The translations under genes were made by a program, and so were the position numbers. Under the pieces are notes generated by a model that worked only from the letters and a program-made list of their open reading frames with translations, did not search any database and was not told the DNA's origin. DNA of 64,000 nt, taken from the NCBI GenBank assembly GCA_046328125.1, contig JAXLXF010000004.1:118280-182279 (forward strand). The letters are read 5' to 3'. Positions 44,924 through 53,303 of this stretch are shown in pieces; within the stretch, counting starts at the first letter, position 1; every line of letters starts with the position of its first letter. The stretch comes from Chloroflexota bacterium (lineage in GTDB: Bacteria > Chloroflexota > UBA6077 > JACCZL01).

Positions 44924-45493
44924 ATGGCCATGCCCAGCCCGCGACGCCTGTTCACCGTGGACGAGTATTACAAGATGGCGGAAGTGGGCATCATTAAGCC
45001 CGGTGAGCGCGTCGAGCTGCTCGACGGCGAGATCGTTCCGATGAGCCCGATCGGGTCGCCTCACGCCTGGTGCGTCAAGCGCCTCATCGAGATCTTCGCG
45101 CCGCTCATCGGCATGATTCGTCTGAGCGTCCAGGATCCTCTCCGGCTGGGTGCCCGTGCCGAGCCAGAGCCGGACGTGGTGATCGTGCGAGCGGACGCGC
45201 CCGAGGACCGACATCCCGGCCCGGCCGAGGCACTCCTCGTCATCGAGGTCAGCGACACCTCGATTCAGACCGATCGTGGCCGAAAGCGACTGATGTACGC
45301 CCGCGCCGGCATTCCCGACTACTGGATCGTAGATCTCGATTCAGATCGTCTGGAGGTGTATCGGGAGCCTTCGCCACGAGGCTATCGCTCTGCTGCCTTG
45401 CTGTCCCGAGGCAACACCGTCAGCCCGCTGTTCGCGCCGGATATTGCGATCGACGTGGCGACGATCCTGGGCCGGGTCCGCACAGAGGAATAG
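44924..45493 (+). CDS. Uma2-family (DUF820) endonuclease, paralogue 2
   Basis: It has the same motif set as 39538-40110 and is roughly two thirds identical by eye. Its 23-nt leader (44898-44920) is identical to 39512-39534. Confidence 0.85.
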   Translation: MAMPSPRRLFTVDEYYKMAEVGIIKPGERVELLDGEIVPMSPIGSPHAWCVKRLIEIFAPLIGMIRLSVQDPLRLGARAEPEPDVVIVRADAPEDRHPGPAEALLVIEVSDTSIQTDRGRKRLMYARAGIPDYWIVDLDSDRLEVYREPSPRGYRSAALLSRGNTVSPLFAPDIAIDVATILGRVRTEE

Positions 45494-45505
45494 CCAGCGT
45501 CAGAG

Positions 45506-47167
45506 TCAGGTGGGGGTGGCGCCGCGCAGCAGATCCACCAGGGCGACCGGATCGGATGGGATGGCGTGGCCGCGCCAGGCGACGTGCTGGTCCGGTCGGG
45601 CGATCACCAGCGCGGTCTGGTAGACGTCCGCGGCTTCGGGTGATGAGATGTCGAGCAGGGTCAGGGGCACGCTACGGGCAGCTGCCGCGTCCAGCAGGCC
45701 GTCCACCGGGATCGAACGGTCGAGCCGGAGCAGGGTATAGCCATCCCCGAGCGCGTCGTAGAGCGAGCGGCCGTCCTGCAGCCAGACGTGCGGCACTCGG
45801 CAGCCCGGCACCGTTGACGGCGTGAAATGGCCCATCGAGTACGGCGGATGCATGCCTGCATCGTGGGCGTCATAGGCGATGATCGGGGAGCGGTCGTAGT
45901 AGTAGCCGAAGTTGAGCCCGGCGGCGCAATACTGCAACACGTTGAGGTCGTACGCAGCTTGCCCGAGCGCCGCCCGAGCTGCCTCGCCGGCCGGGCTCTC
46001 TTCCTCGATCTCCGGCGGCACGCCTTTGCGCTGACGGGCCATCGCGTGGGCATGATCCATCGCAAAGTATGAGACCTGCTCGGTGATCGGCAGGCGCTCC
46101 CGCTCGTAGGCGTCCAGGATGCCCTCGGTGCCCCACCCCGCGAGATGCGCGGCCAGCAGCCATGCCAGGTCGGCGCCGTCCGCGAGGCCGGCGTTCATCC
46201 CGTAGCCGCCGTACGGCACCCAGATGTGGGCCGAGTCGCCGGCCAGGAAGACCCGGCCCTCGCGCAGCTTGTCGGCCACCAGCCGCCGCCCGAACCAGTC
46301 CTCTCGACTCAGGATCTCGTACTCGAAGTCCGGGCCGACGCCGAGGATCGAGCGGATCGACCAGTCGCGGTCCACCGAGTCGAAGTCGGCCTCGGCGTCA
46401 CGGAGGTAGTTGTGGACGATCCAGGTCTCGCGGCCGTCCACGGCGTAGACGGTGCCGCTCCGACGCGGGTTGAGCGAGACGTTGCCCCAGCACGGCGCGG
46501 TCTGGAGCATCGGCAGGAGCTGAGGGGCGCGGATGTAGCTGCTCTGGCAGCGCTGCACCACGGCATCGCCGGAGAGCGTGCCGCCGATGGCGCGGCGGAC
46601 GGGAGAGCGCCCGCCGTCGCAGCCGACCAGGAAGCGTGCCCACAGCCGGATCTCCTCGCCGGAGTCCAGGTGGTGGGCGGTGGCCGTCACGCCGTCATCG
46701 TCCTGCGCCAGCCGCTCGAAGCTGGTCCGGTTCAGAATCGTCAGGCCCGGCACCGCCGCCGCGTGCTCGAACAGGATCGGCTCCAGGAAGATCTGGTTGA
46801 TCCGGTGGGCCGGCTCCGGGGTGGGCCACCACGTGTCGGGGCCAGTGGCGTCGGTCTGCCGGCCGTTGCGGCTCGGGATCGGGATGCGGGAGAGCTCCGG
46901 CCCGGTCATCGTGGTCCGGTACGCGATGTCGTGGGCGAAGTCCGGCGGCAGGCCGGCATCGCGCAGCTTCTGAGCGAGGCCCAACCGGCGGAACAGCTCC
47001 ATGGAGCGCGCGGCGACGTGGTTGCACTTGGGGCTGGGCGGCTCGGCGGGGTGCCTAAGCTCCAGCACGGTGACCGCCACGCCGCGACCGGCCAGGTCGA
47101 TGGCCAGCGTCAGGCCGACCGGGCCGCCGCCCACCACTACGACGTCCGTCTCCACGGTCCGCGTCAT
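45506..47167 (-). CDS. FAD-dependent aromatic-ring monooxygenase (PheA/TfdB-like)
   Basis: Starting at MTRTVETDVVVVGGGPVGL (GxGxxG), with GCDGGRSPVRR and LAGDSAHIWVPYGGYGMNAG. It has a C-terminal thioredoxin-like dimerisation region. Confidence 0.85.
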   Translation of the reverse strand: MTRTVETDVVVVGGGPVGLTLAIDLAGRGVAVTVLELRHPAEPPSPKCNHVAARSMELFRRLGLAQKLRDAGLPPDFAHDIAYRTTMTGPELSRIPIPSRNGRQTDATGPDTWWPTPEPAHRINQIFLEPILFEHAAAVPGLTILNRTSFERLAQDDDGVTATAHHLDSGEEIRLWARFLVGCDGGRSPVRRAIGGTLSGDAVVQRCQSSYIRAPQLLPMLQTAPCWGNVSLNPRRSGTVYAVDGRETWIVHNYLRDAEADFDSVDRDWSIRSILGVGPDFEYEILSREDWFGRRLVADKLREGRVFLAGDSAHIWVPYGGYGMNAGLADGADLAWLLAAHLAGWGTEGILDAYERERLPITEQVSYFAMDHAHAMARQRKGVPPEIEEESPAGEAARAALGQAAYDLNVLQYCAAGLNFGYYYDRSPIIAYDAHDAGMHPPYSMGHFTPSTVPGCRVPHVWLQDGRSLYDALGDGYTLLRLDRSIPVDGLLDAAAARSVPLTLLDISSPEAADVYQTALVIARPDQHVAWRGHAIPSDPVALVDLLRGATPT

Positions 47168-47180
47168 CGCCGAGAATCCC

Positions 47181-47750
47181 CTACCCACGCAAGGGGCGCA
47201 GGGCGGCTTCCCAGCGCACCAGCTCGTCCAGCATGGTGGCGGCGGCACGGTCGAGGGCATCGGTCGCCTGGAGCTGGCCGTCTGCGTCCACGAGCTGCCC
47301 GACGAACGGGATCGGGACCGACTCGACCATCGGGATCATCTTGAGGACCGCCAGCACCGGCTTGAGCATCTGGATCGCGCGCGTGCCGGCCGCCACGCCG
47401 CCGTACGCCACGAACCCGACCGGCTTGTGCTGCCACTCCGCCCAGAGATAGTCGATGGCGTTCTTGAGCGGCGCGTTGAAGCCGTGGTTGTACTCGGGTG
47501 TGACTATGACAAACGCGTCCTGCGCGGCCACCGTCGCGCTCCACGCCTTCGTGTGGTCGTGGAGGTACTGGCCCAGGCGCGGGTGTTTCGGCTCGTCGAA
47601 GAACGGCAACGCGATCTCGGCGAGGTCCAGCAGCTCCGCCTCGAAGCCGCCGTGCTCCACGGCACGATGGTGGACCCACTCCCCGACCGGCAACCCGACC
47701 CGCCCCGGGCGCGTGCTGGCGATGATGATCCCAAGTCTGGGACGCGTCAC
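47181..47750 (-). CDS. NADPH-dependent FMN reductase
   Basis: Motifs GIIIASTRPGR and VIVTPEYNHGFNAPLKNAIDYL are present. GTG start lies 7 nt after GAGGAGG. It is directly upstream of the monooxygenase. Confidence 0.85.
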   Translation of the reverse strand: MTRPRLGIIIASTRPGRVGLPVGEWVHHRAVEHGGFEAELLDLAEIALPFFDEPKHPRLGQYLHDHTKAWSATVAAQDAFVIVTPEYNHGFNAPLKNAIDYLWAEWQHKPVGFVAYGGVAAGTRAIQMLKPVLAVLKMIPMVESVPIPFVGQLVDADGQLQATDALDRAAATMLDELVRWEAALRPLRG

Positions 47751-47883
47751 GACTGAGCCTCCTCACGCTGTCGCTGAAGGATACAGACACACGCCGTCCG
47801 AGCGTTGAAACCGATGGTGACCGGCCGGGATCGGCCAGCGGCGTACAATCGTGAGATCAGGGAGCGCCACCAGGGAGGGGCCG

Positions 47884-48201
47884 ATGCAGCGAGTTGCGTT
47901 CATCATCAATTTGAAGCCAGACGCCGACCCGGTCGAGTACAAGCGGCGCCACGACGAGATCTGGCCCGAGATGCTGGCCGCGCTCAGCGGAGCCGGCATC
48001 CGCAATTACAGCATCTTTCGAGACGGCTCGAAGCTGTTCGCCTATCTGGAGGTGGACGACTTCGAGCGGATGACGAAGCTGCTGGCGGACGACGCGGTCA
48101 ACGCGCGTTGGCAGGCATACATGCGCGACATGATCTCGGTCGAGGCCGACCCGGAGACCGGGTTCGCGAAGCTGCTGCCGAAGATGTTCCACATGGATTG
48201 A
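47884..48201 (+). CDS. rhaM: L-rhamnose mutarotase
   Basis: MQRVAFIINLKPD..EYKRRHDEIWPEMLAAL..GIRNYSIF shows full-length RhaM similarity (105 aa). GGGAGG lies upstream. Confidence 0.8.
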   Translation: MQRVAFIINLKPDADPVEYKRRHDEIWPEMLAALSGAGIRNYSIFRDGSKLFAYLEVDDFERMTKLLADDAVNARWQAYMRDMISVEADPETGFAKLLPKMFHMD

Positions 48202-48284
48202 GCCCCGCCAGCTCCAGGCGGCTGCCGGTGTCGTGATGGTGCGTCCCGTAGACTATCGCCTACTGCGTCAATTGGGAGATCAAC

Positions 48285-49052
48285 ATGACAGATCGCGCGG
48301 CAGCTCCGAAGCGGGTGCTGGTGACTGGCTCGACCGGCGCCATCGGCCAGCCGCTCAGCCGCCACCTCACCGCGCGCGGCCACACCGTCCGAGGCTTCGC
48401 CCGCCGGCCCACGCCGGGCCTCACCGATTATGTCGAGGGCGACCTGACCGATCGCGACGCCGTCCGCCGGGCCGTCGAGGGGAACGAGGTCGTCGTCCAC
48501 CTGGGCGCCTACCCGAATCCGGCCGACTTCATCGACGTGCTGCTCGGACCGAACGTGATCGGGCTATACCACGTCTGCGAGGCCGCCGTGGAGTTTGGCG
48601 TCAAGCGGCTGGTGCTGGCGAGCACCGTCCAGGTCATCTCCGGCCACCCGCGAGACGGTCGCACGGTGAAGGTCGAGGACGGCCCGATGCCAGTCAACCA
48701 CTACGCCCTGACGAAAGTCTGGGCCGAGGCGACCGGCGACATGTACGCACGGGTCCACGGACTCTCGGTCATCAGCGTGCGGATCGGCTGGCTGCCCCGC
48801 AACACCGAGGAGTGCCGGCGGCTGGCCGCCAGCGCGCACGGGAAGGACATCTTCTTCAGCATCGACGACTCGGACCGCTTCTTCGAGCGGTGCGTCGAGT
48901 CCGAGAACCCGCCAGCCGGGAAGTCCGTCATCTTGCAGGCGACGAGCAAGCCGACCGGCACGGCCCGCATGGACATCGAATCAGCGCGTGAGGTGATCGG
49001 CTACGTGCCGAAGGACATCTGGCCGGAGGGCCTGCCGTTCCCGATCGACTGA
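48285..49052 (+). CDS. NAD-dependent epimerase/dehydratase family protein
   Basis: It has the Rossmann motif VLVTGSTGAIG and a YxxxK-like YALTK. Confidence 0.8.
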   Translation: MTDRAAAPKRVLVTGSTGAIGQPLSRHLTARGHTVRGFARRPTPGLTDYVEGDLTDRDAVRRAVEGNEVVVHLGAYPNPADFIDVLLGPNVIGLYHVCEAAVEFGVKRLVLASTVQVISGHPRDGRTVKVEDGPMPVNHYALTKVWAEATGDMYARVHGLSVISVRIGWLPRNTEECRRLAASAHGKDIFFSIDDSDRFFERCVESENPPAGKSVILQATSKPTGTARMDIESAREVIGYVPKDIWPEGLPFPID

Positions 49053-50663
49053 TTACCCGCCGGCGAGGGTGACCCGTACGTCTGCGCCGTCGGGGGGCAA
49101 GGGGCTCTCGTGGATGGCGTCGGCGGGGAGCTGGAGGAGAGCGGCGACGTGCGCGCCGGCCCGCCGGAAGCCGGGCCGGACCTCCACTGCGGTTGCGCCC
49201 CGGGTCAGGCCGGCGTTGCCGACGTTGACGACACGGACGCCCTGGCCGCGCAGGCGGTCGGCGGTCTGGGTGGCGAGGCCGGCCGTGGCGGTGCCGTTCA
49301 GCACCTCCACCGTCGCGGCGGCCGGCGCCAGGAATCCGGCCACCCGTGTGCGGAGGAGCGGAGTCGGGCGCAGCAGGTAGGCGCCCCCTCCTCCCCGAAA
49401 CTCCTCCACCACCCCGAAGTCGAGCGTCAGGCGGTCCGGCTCGGCGGGGCCGGCGCCGAACGCGAGCGCCAGCGTCGCCAGATCCAGCGGGCCGAGATCG
49501 GTCCTGGTGGCCTGCCGAATCGCCTGCGCCACAAAGGGGATGCGCCACCAGTTGACCGGGCGCAGCATGGCGCTGCGCACGGCGACCAGCACCTGCTGCT
49601 GGCGTGCCATCCGTCCGAAGTCGTTGTCCTGGTGGCGCGTCCGCGCGTACCTGAGCGCCATTTCGCCGTCCATGTGCTGGCGCCCGGCCGGGATGTCCAG
49701 CACCATCGTGCCGTAGTCGTCGGTCGGGTAGGCATCGTCGTGGATCGGCCTCGGCACGTCGATCTCGACGCCGCCGGCCGCGTCCACCACGTCGCGGACG
49801 CCCTGGAGGCCGATGGTGAGGTAGTGGTCCACGCCGAGGCCGAGCGTGTCGCCCACCACCCGTTCGGCGGCAGCGGGGCCGCCCAGCACGTACGCCGCGT
49901 TGATCCGCTCGGCGCCGTGGCCGGGGATTTCGACCCAGAGGTCTCTCGGCACCGAGATCAGCCCGACCTGGCTCGGGGAGCGGTCCGCGACGACGGCCAG
50001 CATCGTGTCGGTGCGGCCGACCTCGCCACGCGCGAGCTCGTCAGGGCGGGCGTCGCTGCCGAGCACCAGGAGGGTCACCCGCGCGGGCGCCAGGAGCCCG
50101 GCCACTCCGGCGATGACGACGGCCAGCAGCACCAGCGCCAGCAGCAGCCGGAGCGCCAGCCGCGTGACCCAGCGGCCGGCGTGTCGGCCGGCACGCCGGA
50201 CTGCCCCGGGGCCGGACGGTTGCCGCTCCGGGGTAGGGGCGGGCGCGGGAATCGTGGCGACGGCCGGCGCTGCCCCCGTCCCCGAGCCGCCCGCGCCAGG
50301 CAGGCCGAGCAGGATGGTCTGGAGAAACCCGCCTGATGCGCTGCCATTTCGGTCGTCGCGGCGGTAGGTCAGGTCCGACTTGCCGATCTGGATCACGTCG
50401 CCGTCGTGGAGGGCGGCCGGGCGGCCCGGCGCGACGCTCTGGCCGTTCAGGCGCGTCCCGTTGGTGCTGCCCAGGTCGGCGAGACAGCGCTGGCCGTGGT
50501 GCTCCGCCAGCTCGGCGTGCTGGCCCGAGGCGAACGTGTCCCGCAGGACGATCTGGTTGCCCTCGTCCCGCCCGATCCGCAGCGCCGATTGGCCCAGCTC
50601 GACGCGCGTGGCCCGCTCGCCCGCGTCACGCACCAGCAGCCACTCTCGCCGCTCGCCGCCCAT
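49053..50663 (-). CDS. FHA-domain / TM / LCP (LytR-CpsA-Psr) fusion protein with LytR_C-like tail
   Basis: The FHA domain is LRIGRDEGNQIVL..SGQHAEL...LGSTNGTRLNG. One TM helix follows. The LCP core is LVLGSDAR..RTDTMLAV...ISVPRDLWVEIPGHG..RINAAY...RYARTRHQDNDFGRMARQQ. Confidence 0.85.
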   Translation of the reverse strand: MGGERREWLLVRDAGERATRVELGQSALRIGRDEGNQIVLRDTFASGQHAELAEHHGQRCLADLGSTNGTRLNGQSVAPGRPAALHDGDVIQIGKSDLTYRRDDRNGSASGGFLQTILLGLPGAGGSGTGAAPAVATIPAPAPTPERQPSGPGAVRRAGRHAGRWVTRLALRLLLALVLLAVVIAGVAGLLAPARVTLLVLGSDARPDELARGEVGRTDTMLAVVADRSPSQVGLISVPRDLWVEIPGHGAERINAAYVLGGPAAAERVVGDTLGLGVDHYLTIGLQGVRDVVDAAGGVEIDVPRPIHDDAYPTDDYGTMVLDIPAGRQHMDGEMALRYARTRHQDNDFGRMARQQQVLVAVRSAMLRPVNWWRIPFVAQAIRQATRTDLGPLDLATLALAFGAGPAEPDRLTLDFGVVEEFRGGGGAYLLRPTPLLRTRVAGFLAPAAATVEVLNGTATAGLATQTADRLRGQGVRVVNVGNAGLTRGATAVEVRPGFRRAGAHVAALLQLPADAIHESPLPPDGADVRVTLAGG

Positions 50664-50786
50664 GTCTCTGCCCCGATTCGTGCCGGCTACGCATCGACCG
50701 TGGATGCCGTCTTACCAGAACGGTTGTACCGGACGGCTGGTTCCAGGGCGTCGCGTTTCCGACCCGACGACAGCTACAATGCCGGC

Positions 50787-51497
50787 ATGAACGAGCAGAC
50801 CGGCGCCCAACAATCGTCTCAGGCGACCGTCCGCGTGATCCTGGTCACGGCGACGGCCGGCTTCCGCCACCTGTCGATCCCGACCGTCTTGCGGACCATG
50901 CCGGAGATCGCGCGGGAGGCCGGCAACTTCTCGGTGAAGACGCTCCTGGCCGAGGTGTCGGATCTGGACCGGCTCACCGCCGCCACGCTCGCCGAGCACG
51001 ATCTCTTGTGCCTGATCCACACCAGCGGCGATCTCCCGCTCTCGGACGAGCAGAAGGCGGCGATTCTGGACTTCGTGGCCTCTGGGCACGGCTTCGTCGG
51101 CGTCCACGGCGCGACCACGATCTGCTACGACTGGCTGGAGTACGGCGCGATGCTTGGCGGGCAGTTCAACGGCCACCCGCCGGCTTCGACATTCACCGTC
51201 ACGGTGGAAGACACCGGCCACCCGTCCACCCGACACCTGCCGGCCAGCTTCGCGGTGAAGGACGAGCTGTACACATTTCGGGCGAAGCCTCGGGACACGG
51301 CGCACGTCCTGTTGAGCGCGCCGTCCGGCTCGCTCGACCTGGAGGGCGACCTGCCGCTGGCCTGGACGAAGACGCACGGCGCCGGGCGGGTCTACTACAA
51401 CTCGCTGGGGCATTTCGACGAGGCGTGGGAAGAGCCGTCGTTCCGGGCACAGATCGCGGGTGGCCTGCGTTGGGCGGCTGGCCTGGACGCAGAGTAA
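50787..51497 (+). CDS. ThuA-domain protein
   Basis: Starting at MNEQTG, with VTATAGFRH, GHGFVGVHGA, GHPSTRHLP and YYNSLGH. Confidence 0.8.
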   Translation: MNEQTGAQQSSQATVRVILVTATAGFRHLSIPTVLRTMPEIAREAGNFSVKTLLAEVSDLDRLTAATLAEHDLLCLIHTSGDLPLSDEQKAAILDFVASGHGFVGVHGATTICYDWLEYGAMLGGQFNGHPPASTFTVTVEDTGHPSTRHLPASFAVKDELYTFRAKPRDTAHVLLSAPSGSLDLEGDLPLAWTKTHGAGRVYYNSLGHFDEAWEEPSFRAQIAGGLRWAAGLDAE

Positions 51498-51500
51498 GGG

Positions 51501-53300
51501 TCAGGGGAGGGCGGGAAACGGCGAGGGGCCATCTTCGTCTACGGCGAAGATGTGGTGGCGCTCTCTTGTGCCCTTGACCCGGCGGGCGCCCAGGTCGATC
51601 AGGCGGATGCCCGAGCCGGCGACCAGTCCCCTCACCGTCTCCGAGACGACGACCTCGCCAGCACCGGCCATGCTCATGATCCAGGCCGCGTAGCTGATCG
51701 CGATGCCGATCACGTCGTCGTCCACGGCCTCGTACTCGCCGGCGTGCAGCCCGGCCCGAACCTGTAACCCGAGCGGTCGGACGGCGCTGGCGATCGAGGT
51801 GGCGCAGCGGATCGCGGCGGCCGGGGCGTCGAAGAGGGCCAGGAAGCCGTCGCCCATCGTCTTGACCTCGCGGCCTCGGAAGATGGCGAGCTGCTGACGG
51901 ACTCGGGCGTTGTGGGCGCTGACGACTTCGAGCCAGCGGCGGTCCCCGAGCTCGGCGGTGAGGCGGGTGGAGCCGACGATGTCGGTGAAGAGGACGGTGG
52001 CGATGCGGCGGCTGGCGCCATCGCCGTCACCGGGGGCGGGCTCCGACAGTGGCGGGTCGGCAGGAGAGTGCGTGGAGCTCGGGTCGTCGGAGGGGCGGTC
52101 GGCGGGCTGAAGGCGGAACGGCAAGGGGGACAGAGACGGCGGCTGGCTCGGGAGCGGCAGGGCGCCAGACGAGACAGGCTGGGCCGGGAGAGCTCGCGCG
52201 GTCGAAGGCTGGCTGGGGAGGGCGTTCTCCTGCGCCCAGCGCTGGAACAGCGTGCCGGCCGCCTCGACGGTCCGCGCGGCACGGTCCCAGTGCACCACGC
52301 CGGTGTGGGCCAGCACGTCGAGGGCGCGCTTGCCCTGGCCGGGGAAGCGGGCGATGAGCTCGCCCTCTGGCAGTGAGATGCTGGCGCTGACCTCGGCGTA
52401 GATCGTCTGAGCCGGCGCCTCGAAGCTCTGCCACCAGCTGCTGAACATGGTGGCGTGCTCGCGGAGGAAGCGCTGCTCGGCCTCGGCGAGGGTCTCCGCC
52501 CAGCGCTCGACCTCGCGCTCGCAGAGACGCTGCATCAGGAACTGGATCAGGCAGGGTTGGCCGCCGCTGACCGCGAAGACGCGCTCGACGGCCGGGTCGG
52601 GCCAGGGGTAGTGGGATGGCTCGCGCATCAGGCGGGCGGTCTCCGACAGGCTGAACGGCTCCAGCTCGTGCCAGGCCAGGATGTTGCCGAGCGGCGATCC
52701 AGCGTCCTGGGCGATGCGGTAGATCTCGTGGGCGCCGCAGAAGACGGCGCTGACGCAGCGCGAGAGCTCGCCCATGTTGTTGAGCAGCATCCGCCAGTGC
52801 GCCAGGAACCCGCCGCCCCAATCGGTTGCGTGGATGCGCTCGATCTCGTCGAAGAGGAAGACGAGCTGGAGCCGGCCGTGCCGCCTGGATGCGTCCAGGA
52901 GGGCGCGGAGGGCATCGGCGAAGGCCGGGCCGTCGGTGGTGGCGGTTGACGTGAGGGCGTCGAGGGCGCCGGCCGGGTCGTCGCCGAGGCCGAGCGCGCG
53001 GGCAGCCTGCGCGACTCTTCGTCCGAGCAGGCGGTAGGCGTCCTCCGACGACATCGTGTACAGCTCGGCCACGTCCACGAAGACTGGCAGCACCAGCAGC
53101 CCGCCGTCCGCGCCGATCTGCCCGAGGGTGCGCTCGAGCCAGCGCAGCAGGGTGGTCTTGCCCATCCGGCGCCCGCCGGCCACCGCGAAACGGTCGCCCG
53201 CGAGCAGCCGCTCGACCAGCGACTCGGCGGCCTCGCGGCGCCCGTAGAAGAGGTCGGGATCGACCAGGCTCCAGCGGTACGGGTTCGCGTCAGTGCGCAC
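51501..53300 (-). CDS. Arch_ATPase/STAND-like NTPase fused via a Pro-rich linker to a C-terminal class III nucleotidyl cyclase domain
   Basis: FYGRREAAESLVERLL..VAGGRRMGKTTLL (Walker A), LVFLFDEIERI (Walker B) and a wHTH-like LDVLAHTGVVHWD are present. A P/S-rich linker follows. The cyclase core is IATVLFTDIVGST...VKTMGDGFLALF...RAGLHAGE. The gene ends 3 nt from the convergent ThuA gene. Confidence 0.8.
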   Translation of the reverse strand: MRTDANPYRWSLVDPDLFYGRREAAESLVERLLAGDRFAVAGGRRMGKTTLLRWLERTLGQIGADGGLLVLPVFVDVAELYTMSSEDAYRLLGRRVAQAARALGLGDDPAGALDALTSTATTDGPAFADALRALLDASRRHGRLQLVFLFDEIERIHATDWGGGFLAHWRMLLNNMGELSRCVSAVFCGAHEIYRIAQDAGSPLGNILAWHELEPFSLSETARLMREPSHYPWPDPAVERVFAVSGGQPCLIQFLMQRLCEREVERWAETLAEAEQRFLREHATMFSSWWQSFEAPAQTIYAEVSASISLPEGELIARFPGQGKRALDVLAHTGVVHWDRAARTVEAAGTLFQRWAQENALPSQPSTARALPAQPVSSGALPLPSQPPSLSPLPFRLQPADRPSDDPSSTHSPADPPLSEPAPGDGDGASRRIATVLFTDIVGSTRLTAELGDRRWLEVVSAHNARVRQQLAIFRGREVKTMGDGFLALFDAPAAAIRCATSIASAVRPLGLQVRAGLHAGEYEAVDDDVIGIAISYAAWIMSMAGAGEVVVSETVRGLVAGSGIRLIDLGARRVKGTRERHHIFAVDEDGPSPFPALP

Positions 53301-53303
53301 CGG

